A stretch of DNA of 64,000 nt from Armatimonadota bacterium. Its GTDB lineage: Bacteria > Armatimonadota > SYMT01. This document shows, piece after piece, positions 40,181 through 49,442 of this stretch; the first letter of the stretch is position 1; each line of letters starts with the position of its first letter. The position numbers and the translations under genes are program-made. A model generated the notes under the pieces. That model did not search any database. It saw nothing but the letters and a program-made list of their open reading frames with translations, and was not told where the DNA came from. The stretch spans positions 672,001-736,000 of the forward strand of contig JAWLHY010000001.1 in the NCBI GenBank assembly GCA_041690135.1, written 5' to 3'.

Positions 40181-40663
40181 TTACTGCGTGGACGGGGGCG
40201 CGAACCAGCGCTTGATAGATTCCGGATCGTAGTGCATCTCCGCATCGCCCAGCAGGCTCTGGATGTACATGATCTGCCCGTGATGGTGCACCAGATCGAT
40301 CATCCCGAACAGTACGGAGTGTGCGGCCCAGAACTCGCCAAAGGGCGTGGAGATCGGTCGCTCCAGTTCGTCGCCGGCGGCATCCAGGGCGGAAGCATAC
40401 TGTTCCGCCGTCTCTCGGATCATGGTCCGCGCCTCATCGAGCGTGGCCGGGTGGGGTAGGGGATCGGAGACAAAGGTGGCACCCGAGAAGACGTGCATTT
40501 GATTGCGCATCACGCCGGCGACCTCACCAGCAATCTGAAGTGCGCTTTTCGCCTCGGGAGTCGGCTTCCAGTCCAACTTTTCCTCGGAAATCTGCTCAAG
40601 GTTTAACACCAGGCTCTCGGAGGCCCACCGGACCACCCGCGCTACGGCTTTGAGATCGACCAT
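40181..40663 (-). CDS. DinB family protein
   Basis: EEKLDWKPTPEAKS; C-terminal HHHGQIMYI. Confidence 0.8.
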   Translation of the reverse strand: MVDLKAVARVVRWASESLVLNLEQISEEKLDWKPTPEAKSALQIAGEVAGVMRNQMHVFSGATFVSDPLPHPATLDEARTMIRETAEQYASALDAAGDELERPISTPFGEFWAAHSVLFGMIDLVHHHGQIMYIQSLLGDAEMHYDPESIKRWFAPPSTQ

Positions 40664-40837
40664 GGTTCTGGTTCCTTTCGTAATGCGTCCCTACCCGGGG
40701 ATTAGAACTTATGTGTGCGTCCCGGTCCGAGGGTCATTGTGGCGGATCTTCGCCCGGGTGTCAAGCAGCCGGAGCTGAAATAGTGGCGTCGCTGAGGTGA
40801 CGGTGCCCTACGGGGCCGCGCTTCACCCATCACCCGG

Positions 40838-41467
40838 TCAAAGTCTGGGCCGCGGGGAAAAGCGCCAGATGAGCCATCTGTTGGCGCTTTTCTTCGCTCC
40901 GTGGCGCTCCAACAACTCGATCAGGCCTGGGTGGCGCCCCACATAAGTGAGTGCGGTGTGACCTTTGCGGGTACGGGCGTCCGCCGCGGCGCCGTGGTCC
41001 AGCAGTACTCGGAGGCCTGTGCGGGACTGCAGCCAGGCGGCCCACATCAGGGGAGTGCGACCCTCGTTGTCGCGTGCGTTCACGTCGGCGCCGGCCCGAA
41101 GCAGGAGGCGGATCAAAGTCTCGTCCCGCGAGCCCGCCGCCGACATGAGCGCGGTATGTCCGTCTTGTGTGCGGGCGTTAACGTCCAGGCCGGCATCGAG
41201 TGCACGACGCACGAGGACCGGATCGCCGACCTTGGCCGCCAGCATCAGTACCGTGAAGCCATCCGCACGCCGGACTTGAATCCGTGCCCCGCGGTCCAGG
41301 AGACGGTGAACCACACGGGCTGATTGCCGGTCGAAGGGGGCGTTGTTCAACTCGCGGATGAGGGCTTCATCCAGGTTCTTCTGACGAAGCCAGAGACCGA
41401 GCAGTCCGGTGACCACGATCAGGAGGGCCAGGGCGGACGCAACTTCCAGGCGGCGTTTGCTGTCCAT
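40838..41467 (-). CDS. Membrane-anchored ankyrin repeat protein
   Basis: N-terminal TM; GFTVLMLAA, GHTALMSAA, GADVNARDNEGRTPLM. Confidence 0.9.
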   Translation of the reverse strand: MDSKRRLEVASALALLIVVTGLLGLWLRQKNLDEALIRELNNAPFDRQSARVVHRLLDRGARIQVRRADGFTVLMLAAKVGDPVLVRRALDAGLDVNARTQDGHTALMSAAGSRDETLIRLLLRAGADVNARDNEGRTPLMWAAWLQSRTGLRVLLDHGAAADARTRKGHTALTYVGRHPGLIELLERHGAKKSANRWLIWRFSPRPRL

Positions 41468-41475
41468 AAGGTCCC

Positions 41476-41796
41476 TCACCGGCGGCGCTCCCAGGACGAC
41501 CAGCGCCATTGAATGACCCACGGGCCCACCCGCAGACGATTGAGGTGCCCAGATAAGGGCGCCAGGTCGACACCGCTCAGCCCCATCGGGGGTGGGGCCC
41601 CCGCCAGCGGCCGTTTCCCGGCCAGGCTGTAGAACTCCCATCCCGTGACCCGGCGGACCGGCCCCAGAAGCCAAACAAGCACCATCACGCCCAGGGCCGC
41701 CACCAGCACACCCAGCAGCAGGCAGCCCAGGCGCAACACCCCCTGGGGACGCTTTCCGGGCCGTTCTCCAGCCGGTATCGAAGAGGCTCGCAGCAT
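41476..41796 (-). CDS. Small hypothetical membrane protein
   Basis: One strong TM segment; co-oriented with neighbours. Confidence 0.45.
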   Translation of the reverse strand: MLRASSIPAGERPGKRPQGVLRLGCLLLGVLVAALGVMVLVWLLGPVRRVTGWEFYSLAGKRPLAGAPPPMGLSGVDLAPLSGHLNRLRVGPWVIQWRWSSWERRR

Positions 41797-41898
41797 CAAC
41801 GGAAAGAGACGGGAGTCCGGACGCTTCGGTTTCGCCTCCGCGGACCAGGGGTTAAACGGCAAATTTATATCAAACTTACGAGTGATGGGTCGGGGTGG

Positions 41899-42426
41899 TT
41901 AGATACCATAGACAAAAACGTAAGCAGTGCCCGTCTCGCGTACGTACCAGATGGTCCGTTCCAGGCTGCTGTGATCGCCAAAGACGCAGGTATCTACCTT
42001 CCGTGCTTGGTATAGATTGCGCCAATTGAGGCGACTGGTTGTGTCGTATTCATCCAGGCGCGAATCCCAAATCTCTCCGAAATCACGCAGTTCCTTATTG
42101 TCCTGGACGCCACGCCGGGTCGGAGCTATGAGAGTGTTGGCACTCTCAAGCAACTGCTCCAGAACGGGGTCGGAAGTCCGGAAGACGAGCCAGACGTTAG
42201 TACCCGCGAGCCACGACTCGCCGGTAGCTCGCAGGTGGGTGACCCCCGGCGGCACTGGCTGTTTGAAGGCGAACTCAAAGGCCTGTTCCGGTGGTCGCAG
42301 CCCGTACCGACGCCGGAAGGGGCCATCCGCCAGATCCGCGCCACAGCTACGCATGACGAAACCGCCCAGGCCCAGAAGGCCTGCCATCCCCAGGGTGAGA
42401 AACAGGAGGCGAGACAGGCGCATCAC
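41899..42426 (-). CDS. Hypothetical exported protein (paralog 1)
   Basis: Signal/TM; PEQAFEFAFKQPVPPGVTHLR...WLVFR...RLNWRNLY shared with the neighbour. Confidence 0.7.
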   Translation of the reverse strand: MMRLSRLLFLTLGMAGLLGLGGFVMRSCGADLADGPFRRRYGLRPPEQAFEFAFKQPVPPGVTHLRATGESWLAGTNVWLVFRTSDPVLEQLLESANTLIAPTRRGVQDNKELRDFGEIWDSRLDEYDTTSRLNWRNLYQARKVDTCVFGDHSSLERTIWYVRETGTAYVFVYGI

Positions 42427-42899
42427 CTAAAATCCTGGTCTCCGAGGCAGTAGAGGTACACGGTGCTGGATTCGCGATCAACCCACATCTGAGCGTCCTG
42501 GTATATTTTCCGATGAAAGGTTTCGAGACGCCGCACGGTGTAGATCTCGCGCCAGCGCAGCCGGTCTTGGGGATCGTGCCACCGCAACGGCAGTTCCCAA
42601 TGCTGCTGCCAGGTGCGAAGGGTCTTCCGCTTGTCGTAAGGCCCACGCTCAAAGGATCTACTGCACAGGGAGTCAATGACCGCCTCTGGAGCCCGAAAAC
42701 GCATCCAGGCGCCCTTGCAGGGCGACCAACACTGACCCACAACCCGGAGGTCAGTTACGCCCTCGGGAACTTCGCCCCGGAAAGTCAGTTCAAAGGCGCG
42801 CTCCGGAGTGCGTTGGAAGGCGCGACTTCCAATGGCGCCGACCAGGCTCACGGCGGCGACCAGTCCCAGGCTCATCGCCACCAGCCGAGTAACTCTCAC
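42423..42899 (-). CDS. Hypothetical exported protein (paralog 2)
   Basis: GTG after GAGGTGAAGG; PERAFELTFRGEVPEGVTDLR...WMRFR...RLRWREIY; stop overlaps next start. Confidence 0.7.
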   Translation of the reverse strand: MRVTRLVAMSLGLVAAVSLVGAIGSRAFQRTPERAFELTFRGEVPEGVTDLRVVGQCWSPCKGAWMRFRAPEAVIDSLCSRSFERGPYDKRKTLRTWQQHWELPLRWHDPQDRLRWREIYTVRRLETFHRKIYQDAQMWVDRESSTVYLYCLGDQDFR

Positions 42900-43027
42900 A
42901 CCTTCACCTCGCTTTGACGGGAGTGACCTCGTGAAAACCCGTAGGAACAAATCATGAATGCACCGTAACGTAAGGTGGCCGGGAATCTGGATTCGCAAGA
43001 ACGCCCCAGCGATCCGGAGGCACGAAA

Positions 43028-43807
43028 GTGACAACCAAAGCGGCAGATTGGACCCCCGAAGGTGAACCGGACCCGCTCATGGTCTTTTACGAGGCGAGAG
43101 CCGATACCCGGAAGGGGCGCTATGAGGAAGCCCTGGCAAAGCGGCTCTGGTTCCACAAGCATGCGTTGGATACCAAGCCGGAGCTTACGGGCGTGCGCCT
43201 GTCATACGCGCTTCAGGACTGGCTGGAGTTGGGCGAGGTATACCCACCAGCACTGACGGCTCTGGAGGAGTTGCATGCTGAGTGCAGAGCGTCTCTAGAG
43301 GCGGGAACCGGTACCCGCGACATATTCCACGACTACGCCTCGTTCAATCGTGCTATTGGGAAGGAGAGCGATACGGCGGGGATGTTCCGGGTATTGTCGG
43401 AACGGTACCCCAGGTTGGCCTCCGTGGTTTTCGATATGGCACTGCCATCGCTGGTCCGAGCCCGCGCATACGAGCTCTGCAATCGCTTCCTTCGCCCAGC
43501 ACGAGATCTGCGCCGGATGCGGAAGCTGTTCAGAATACAAATGAATTTCGCGGCGGATCCGACGTTAGGCGGACAAATCAACCTGTCGTCTGCGCCCGAC
43601 CCCAGTGTGGGTGAACAGCTCAAGTTCTTCGGTGAGCAGAAATTCTCGAATGACGCCAGGCTGCTGGTTGCGCTCCTGGTGGTCAATGGTCGTCAAGCCG
43701 AAGCGGTGCGTGTTGCCCGAGTGGCCAAGCGGGTTTGGTGGGATGCCGAATTCCACCACCTGATCGAACAGGCGCTTCAAGGCGAGGTCCCGGAACCCTG
43801 GCCCTGA
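43028..43807 (+). CDS. Conserved hypothetical helical protein
   Basis: RBS GGAGG; GRYEEALAK..WFH..AL...GVRLSYAL..W.ELG..YPPA; ends VPEPWP. Confidence 0.75.
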   Translation: MTTKAADWTPEGEPDPLMVFYEARADTRKGRYEEALAKRLWFHKHALDTKPELTGVRLSYALQDWLELGEVYPPALTALEELHAECRASLEAGTGTRDIFHDYASFNRAIGKESDTAGMFRVLSERYPRLASVVFDMALPSLVRARAYELCNRFLRPARDLRRMRKLFRIQMNFAADPTLGGQINLSSAPDPSVGEQLKFFGEQKFSNDARLLVALLVVNGRQAEAVRVARVAKRVWWDAEFHHLIEQALQGEVPEPWP

Positions 43808-43819
43808 TCGCACCCAGAA

Positions 43820-43849
43820 TGCTAACGAAAAGCGCCATTATCATTAGCA
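43820..43849. other. Putative tyrosine-recombinase crossover site (12-6-12 imperfect palindrome)
   Basis: TGCTAACGAAAA-GCGCCA-TTATCATTAGCA, arms 10/12 complementary, AT-rich in a GC-rich genome. Confidence 0.5.
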
Positions 43850-44010
43850 GGCGAACGTGCCTTTTACGGCCACTTCATCAACCTGCCACCACGGTTGGCT
43901 TTACCGCCAGGTGGATCGCGTGTCCGCAGCGGCAGCTGAACTTCGGCATGGCTCACCTCCGGGATCGGCTCCTGCTCATGTTGCTTTACGAAAGCTCACT
44001 ACGAGTCGGT

Positions 44011-44580
44011 ATGGAAACGCTCGAAGAACTTCGCACCGCACTCCGCTCTGCCCAGTGGTACAGCCGCCTCGACCAGCCCTTTGACCACCCCTGGGTCATC
44101 TGTGTCAGCAATCTCGAAAGGCCGGAGATCGACGAGCCCTGGTGGTGGATCACCTCGATCCTGCTGGAAGAGGAACAAGACCCTTTCCACGGGGAGTTCC
44201 TGAACGTGGGCTCTCAACGGGTGGAGTTAACGCGCGATATTGTGAAGATTGCCCTCGCGTCCTACCGAACTGCTCCGGAGCATCCTGCCCTTCGCGCCTT
44301 CGGTTGGGACCATTACGAGGCGGCCAAGCTGTGTTTGATGCACGCCTGCCGCTTCGCTGCACGCGAGATCGTGCTGGAACAGCAAGGCGGCTGGTCTCTT
44401 GTCGTTGACCTGTTCTGCCGAGGCCACTACCCCTTCGGCGTGGCGCAGAGCGGTAGGACCGTCGTCCTCGGGAAGTCTCGCAGTCCGGTAAGCACGGAAG
44501 CGTGGAAGTACACGGGGCCGGAAGCTCCGCCCATAAAGGCCACTGCCCGTCTCACGACCTACGAATCGTATTCCTCATAG
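44011..44580 (+). CDS. Hypothetical protein (immunity-like)
   Basis: ATG 44011; aromatic-rich with LFCRGHYPFG near the C-terminus; tail overlaps the convergent ORF. Confidence 0.55.
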   Translation: METLEELRTALRSAQWYSRLDQPFDHPWVICVSNLERPEIDEPWWWITSILLEEEQDPFHGEFLNVGSQRVELTRDIVKIALASYRTAPEHPALRAFGWDHYEAAKLCLMHACRFAAREIVLEQQGGWSLVVDLFCRGHYPFGVAQSGRTVVLGKSRSPVSTEAWKYTGPEAPPIKATARLTTYESYSS

Positions 44581-44960
44581 GTACGGAAGAGCCAATCTTC
44601 CCAGCCTTCAGGCTGCGGTAGTTCCAGGCCGCCCTGGTGCGGCCCCACCACATAATGCCCCTCCGGGTTCGGATCATTCTCATACCACTCATGACCGTAT
44701 AGGGATCTCTGGAAATCCTCGGGGCGGCTTGGAAGACGGTCAACACACTCCCGTGAGCAGGCGTGCACCAACAGGGGTAGGACGTCCACAGGTAGTTCGT
44801 CTTTAGCCACGGGCCACGAGATCCAATACTGGAGCGGACCGCTTTCGGTGAATTGGCCCGCGCACACGCTGCATACCGCCGGTACGATCTCGGGGAAGAG
44901 CTGCGGTAGGCGCGGGAATGGCGGGCGGTACTTGCATTTCCGCCTTCCATAATACACCAT
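44559..44960 (-). CDS. Hypothetical protein with CxxC...HACSREC zinc-binding motif
   Basis: CSVC...WIS...DVLPLLVHACSRECV...PHQGGLEL.QP. Confidence 0.6.
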   Translation of the reverse strand: MVYYGRRKCKYRPPFPRLPQLFPEIVPAVCSVCAGQFTESGPLQYWISWPVAKDELPVDVLPLLVHACSRECVDRLPSRPEDFQRSLYGHEWYENDPNPEGHYVVGPHQGGLELPQPEGWEDWLFRTYEEYDS

Positions 44961-45004
44961 TTCTCACCAGTAAACGGAGCGAGGCAATCTGATTGAGTGC
45001 AAGA

Positions 45005-45505
45005 ATGCCCAATGAACAGCCCACCGGCAGCGCCCCTCCCCGCTTCACGGTTCGCGCGGCGATGGACCGTTTCAACGCATTGCTCAACCTCAACGAGGAC
45101 GAGGGTATGCAGGATTGGGAGATTGAACTTGCCGATCCTGAACGCGTGGCGGAGTTCTGCACGCTCTACGAGACCCCGAAATTTGACCCCGACACCAGGT
45201 TCGCACTGATGCAGCTTATTGTCGCATCCCTGGACGATTGCCTGAGCATGCATCCCACCGCCGATGCACCCGATCTGGAACAACGCGTGGAGCGCCTGCT
45301 CCGTGCCGAGTTCCTGCTCCATCTGCATACGGTGAACGACTGGCAGTGCATTGAGAATGACCTGGACGATGCGTTTTGCGTGGCGCCCATGATGCGACGC
45401 ATCTGGCAAGAATGTTTCCGCGAAGAGTACGGTCAGTGGCTGGATGAGGTCGTGTACGGGTGCCGCCCCGAGAGCGATGCTCCGGTTGACCCCAGTGCGT
45501 CATGA
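45005..45505 (+). CDS. Hypothetical protein (immunity-like)
   Basis: MQDWEIELADPERVAEF...RFALMQLIVASLDD...VAPMMRRIW. Confidence 0.7.
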   Translation: MPNEQPTGSAPPRFTVRAAMDRFNALLNLNEDEGMQDWEIELADPERVAEFCTLYETPKFDPDTRFALMQLIVASLDDCLSMHPTADAPDLEQRVERLLRAEFLLHLHTVNDWQCIENDLDDAFCVAPMMRRIWQECFREEYGQWLDEVVYGCRPESDAPVDPSAS

Positions 45506-45518
45506 CCTGCAGTAGCCC

Positions 45519-45978
45519 TCAGGGTTGGTAATCTGCAAAAGATCCCGCAAGCGAATGCCGGAGGAACTCTTGTAAATCACGCGTAAAGCTCGCAAGACGT
45601 TCGGTGTCAAACTCAAGCTCACCCGACAGGCTTTGACGGACGCTGCCCCACCGAACATGCCGGTGCGCTCCCACCTCGTACCACAGCGCAAAGTGCCCGG
45701 CAGCGTCCCGCTGGTCGAGGAACAGGCCCAACTCCCCGGGGCCCAAGCTGACCAGCCGCGCCTGCCCTGTACGAGTGCGCTCGCAGGCCTCGACGGCTGT
45801 GAGAAAGTCGTCGAGGTCCCAGGTGTCCACCTGGGCCGAGAAGCTGCCGTCCTTGAACGCTCACGCTGAACTGGACGCTTGGAAAGCGCTTACGGACGAT
45901 CTCGCTCGCAATGAGCTGGATGCGTGAGCGCCCATCCGCACCCGGCAAGTTCAGCTCCAGTTGCACGCTTCTGTCCAA
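45519..45978 (-). pseudogene. Frameshifted WapI-like immunity protein
   Basis: ORFs 45619-45978 and 45519-45830 join (SVSVQ|DGSFSAQVDTW) if one base near 45853 is removed. Confidence 0.55.
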
Positions 45979-46007
45979 TAGTCCGAGCGTCTACTCCCTG
46001 GCAGGCC

Positions 46008-46439
46008 CTAAGCCGGTTTCACCAGAATTGGCCGCGCATTCTCGTCGAGGATGTCGCCTTCCCAGAAGAGCAGCGACTGCGTGTTGAAACAGATGGTCCC
46101 GATAAGGGTCTCGAGTCTCTGAAAGCGGCTTTCCTCGTCGAAGTCTGGGTGAACCATGATGCCCAACACCAGGCGCATGCTCCGCATCCGCTGGATCATT
46201 TCCGGTTGGAGTTCAACGCCGCGGGCTTTGGCGAGGTTGTGTGCATAGGCGATCAAACCGTCCAGGTGACCGGGGTGCTTGCTCTCCAGCATCACGTTAA
46301 TGGTAATCGTGAGGTCCGGCCACTCATATTCGTATGCTCGGAGGGTTCCGTCCACTCGCGCCATGGTGAACCTGGCACCATCCGCCAGCGCAGCCATCTG
46401 TCTTTCCGGCAGTTCCGAGATGGGGCAATAGATCGTCAT
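46008..46439 (-). CDS. Hypothetical protein
   Basis: ATG right after AAAGGGGA of the repeated leader; ends EGDILDENARPILV. Confidence 0.7.
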   Translation of the reverse strand: MTIYCPISELPERQMAALADGARFTMARVDGTLRAYEYEWPDLTITINVMLESKHPGHLDGLIAYAHNLAKARGVELQPEMIQRMRSMRLVLGIMVHPDFDEESRFQRLETLIGTICFNTQSLLFWEGDILDENARPILVKPA

Positions 46440-46442
46440 CAG

Positions 46443-46730
46443 TCCCCTTTCACCGTCACCGAACTGTTTCCTATCGGACGAGAGGCTTCCTCTAAAGGCG
46501 TGCGCTTGGATTTTCGTTACCAAGCTTTGGGAGCGTGCCACGTGGGAAATGCTGAAGGGGGCGATGAGGCGCAGGCCGGACAAAGGCCAAGGGCAACCCC
46601 TTGCTCAAGGACGTTAGTCCCCTACTGGGGAATTGGCGGGGAGCACCTGGCGCGTCGGGTTATGGACTCACGCTCGCAAGCCCGCCGATGCAATCGGCGA
46701 CTCCACACTAAACGGCAGAGCGGATGCTGG
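46443..46730 (-). repeat. Repeated non-coding leader, copy A
   Basis: Aligns with 47954-48205; 39-bp identical core at 46669-46707; homology stops at the RBS. Confidence 0.9.
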
Positions 46731-47088
46731 GTGAGCAGGGTGAATATGGTGCGAAGCCGGTCATTTTCTTTGGAAGCCTACGGCGTACATGAGCGGCAGG
46801 GCCCCGCGAGGCTTCCTGGCGCGGCGGTCGCCGTAGCATCCCGCCGGGATGTAGGCGGCGACTCCGGGCAACTCTTCGAGGAGTAGCTGCATTGCCTGAA
46901 AGAAGTGGAAGGGTGATTGGTAATGGTTGCCGGCCCGCTGCACAGGCAGAACGAGCAGATTTCCTTGAGTTGTGGCGTCAAGACTCGGACCATCCACCCT
47001 TCTCCGTAAAGGTGCTCTTAAAGTGGGTGCTTAACTGCTCCTCGGGACTCGTTGGAGACGATTCGGGTAAGTTCGCTATGAGGCTTTC

Positions 47089-47439
47089 GTGAACACAACC
47101 ATTCGGGAGTTCTGGGCGGGTCTACCCCGCTGGTGGAGACTGTCCCCACTCATCATTCTATCGGCGCTTCTGTTCTGGCTGCTGTGCGGCGCGTTCGGAC
47201 TCTGGTCGCGGACCTGGGTTCTCGGAGAGTTCGGCCCGCACGGGGAAGCCCTGGCCATGCAGGTGCAAACGCAGGCGTCGGAAATGGCCGGCGAAGTCGA
47301 CCCCGGTGCGGAGGTGTACTTCGAAGCGATGTTGCCACTGAGCGGTAAAGTCCCTCCAACAGCGGTTCAGTACCGGATTACCACCAATTCGAAAAAGCTG
47401 CACGAGGCCTGGGTTTCGCGGTCGCCTGACGGTCGATAG
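47089..47439 (+). CDS. Hypothetical membrane protein
   Basis: GAGG RBS, GTG start, N-terminal TM segment. Confidence 0.5.
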   Translation: MNTTIREFWAGLPRWWRLSPLIILSALLFWLLCGAFGLWSRTWVLGEFGPHGEALAMQVQTQASEMAGEVDPGAEVYFEAMLPLSGKVPPTAVQYRITTNSKKLHEAWVSRSPDGR

Positions 47440-47451
47440 GGACTCGGGGCC

Positions 47452-47946
47452 TTACTCGTCACTCTTGGGAATCGGCTTGCCGGAAAGCATGAACCCCACC
47501 CGGTCGTTGGGGTACACCTGAACTTTCACGGTAGCCGTATCGGACAGGCCATGGTACACCAGCAAACGATAGGCCTGAATCTCGCTCGGATGACCTCCCT
47601 TCTCGGGTGTCTCCGCTATTAGTCCTTGGGCACGATCTTCGTCCGGCGGTCCGAATGCCGACAGCATGTCTTCCAGGCATTTCAGCCCTTTGAACAGCCG
47701 CAGAAGGCGTTGTCGCTCTCCCTCGGAGATCCTCATGAATCGCGAATGCCGCAGGGATTCCGGAGTTTTACCGCCACACCAGGGGCAGTGCCGGATGACC
47801 AAGCTCCCCTTCCCGTGCGCGGCCGGATAGACGAAGCGGAATTCGTGGGTCTCGGCGTCGAACTCGATCGGGTGATCCGGCGACTCCGCCATCGTACGCA
47901 ACCAGGTACAGTCGCAGAATGCGTCGGTCTTTGAGCACGGGTGCAT
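47452..47946 (-). CDS. Hypothetical protein with CPWCG motif (DUF6980-like)
   Basis: CDC...PIEFD..THEF...IRHCPWCGGKTPES; ATG follows the repeated leader RBS. Confidence 0.7.
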   Translation of the reverse strand: MHPCSKTDAFCDCTWLRTMAESPDHPIEFDAETHEFRFVYPAAHGKGSLVIRHCPWCGGKTPESLRHSRFMRISEGERQRLLRLFKGLKCLEDMLSAFGPPDEDRAQGLIAETPEKGGHPSEIQAYRLLVYHGLSDTATVKVQVYPNDRVGFMLSGKPIPKSDE

Positions 47947-47953
47947 CGGTCGT

Positions 47954-48205
47954 TCCCCTTTCACCGTCACCGAACCGTTCCCTATCAGACGAGTGGCTTC
48001 CTTTGAAAGCGTGTGGCTGGATTATCATTACCAAACTTTGGGGGGCATCCCAGGTGGGAAATGCAGCAGACCGTTTGCTCAAGGACGTCAGTCCCCTACT
48101 AGGAGGCTGACGGGGGGCGCCTGGCGAGTCAGGACCCGTACGCACGCTCGCAAGCCCGCCGATGCAATCGGCGACTCCACATTGAACGGCAGCGCGGGTG
48201 CTAGG
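47954..48205 (-). repeat. Repeated non-coding leader, copy B (with partial extra unit at 48224-48255)
   Basis: 39-bp identical core at 48143-48181; GCGACTCC.CA.TGAACGGCAGCGCGGG.GCT locally duplicated. Confidence 0.9.
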
Positions 48206-48295
48206 TAACTGTACTGATGCGGTGCGACTCCGCACTGAACGGCAGCGCGGGCGCTCTATAACCACGCTGGATGCGGTGCGATGCCGGGAGGCGGT

Positions 48296-49246
48296 TCACT
48301 TGTGGCGGTCCAGGCGCCAGCGGGTGGTGAAGGCATGGCGTTTGCCGGGGGCGAGGTCCTGCAGCGGGCTGAGCAGCTCGAGCTCCATGTAGGGAAGCGG
48401 GTCGGGATTGGACCAGATCTCCTGGGCGCATCCCCCGTCGGGATATTCCCTCCCCCGCTCGTAGCGCGCGGAGACGGTCATCCGCAGCCCACCAGCGCGG
48501 GCCGCCGCCCAGCCTTCCGGCGAGTCGCCGCCGATCTTGCCTCCCCTACCCGGGTGGCGGCGCAGGCATGCCCGGTCCCGGGTGACCCGGAGCGTCTCCG
48601 GGACCGGTGGGCTGTTCTTGAATATCAGAAAGCCTTCCGGAAACCGACCGTTCCGGTGCAGCGGCAGGCAAGCCTCGTCCGGCGCATCCACCTGGGCCAC
48701 TTCCCACACCGACCACCGCGCCGCCTGGCTGCCGGTGTTCACCAGCGTGTTCCGGAGTGTCACTTCGGAGCCGGTCCGGGCCAGCGAGATCTCCCGGATG
48801 AAACGGAGGCCGGTCCGAGGGCTGCGGGTACCAGTCACCCGGAGGCGCCGACCCTCCAGGACTTCCACCGCGTGCGGGCCGCGATCCAGGTATGGGTCCG
48901 GCGGCCACCCCCAGCGGTCCTGCGGCGCGGGCCAGAGCTTATCGCCGCCGTAATTCACCCACTCCTTCTGCTCCCCCTCCGGGGCGATGGTTTTGCCGGC
49001 GAGCGCCGGGTTTTCCCACAGGAAGTTCTTCTCCCCGGAGTACCCGTACCGCATGATCCGCCCGATCTGCGGGACGAACACCAGGTCGACGGTTCCGTTC
49101 GATAGCTGGTAAGCGCCGGGCCAACCCTGGTATTCCAGGCGCCGGACCTCCACCCGCTGCTTCTCCCCGGAGGCGCCCACCGCGAATGGACTCACGGCCA
49201 CGCACCCCAGCAAAGCCAGCACACGTACGCTTCTCCAGCAAACCAT
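48296..49246 (-). CDS. Secreted DUF4380 / galactose-mutarotase-like protein
   Basis: Signal peptide; VPQIGRIM, NYGGDKLWPAPQ, YPDGGC, YMELELLSP. Confidence 0.8.
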   Translation of the reverse strand: MVCWRSVRVLALLGCVAVSPFAVGASGEKQRVEVRRLEYQGWPGAYQLSNGTVDLVFVPQIGRIMRYGYSGEKNFLWENPALAGKTIAPEGEQKEWVNYGGDKLWPAPQDRWGWPPDPYLDRGPHAVEVLEGRRLRVTGTRSPRTGLRFIREISLARTGSEVTLRNTLVNTGSQAARWSVWEVAQVDAPDEACLPLHRNGRFPEGFLIFKNSPPVPETLRVTRDRACLRRHPGRGGKIGGDSPEGWAAARAGGLRMTVSARYERGREYPDGGCAQEIWSNPDPLPYMELELLSPLQDLAPGKRHAFTTRWRLDRHK

Positions 49247-49442
49247 ATTCCCGCCTCTCCCCTCTCAATCATCACGGAGCCCAGTTCTCTGAAGAGTCGG
49301 TTCCTGCCTCCCGGGGGCACCTCACGCACGTTCGACGGCAGCGCGGCGGAGATTATCATTACCATTCCCTCTCCGGGCGGACCGACTATCTGGATGGTGG
49401 GTGCCGGAGCGGTGTCCCCTGTTCAGTTCGGCGGGAGGGAGC

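Noticed and set aside
46440-46583. N-terminal extension of the 46008 ORF through the repeated leader (SDRKQFGDGERG)
   Set aside because: In copy B the same frame does not join the downstream gene, and substitutions between copies are not mainly synonymous; treated as non-coding.
46660-46730. Leader core as group II intron domain V or a known riboswitch
   Set aside because: Lacks the AGC/CGC triad with GNRA-loop D5 geometry and any riboswitch consensus I recognise; no reverse transcriptase nearby.
46761-46997. Short overlapping minus-strand ORFs upstream of leader copy A
   Set aside because: No frame is convincing; may be decayed cargo but cannot be assigned.
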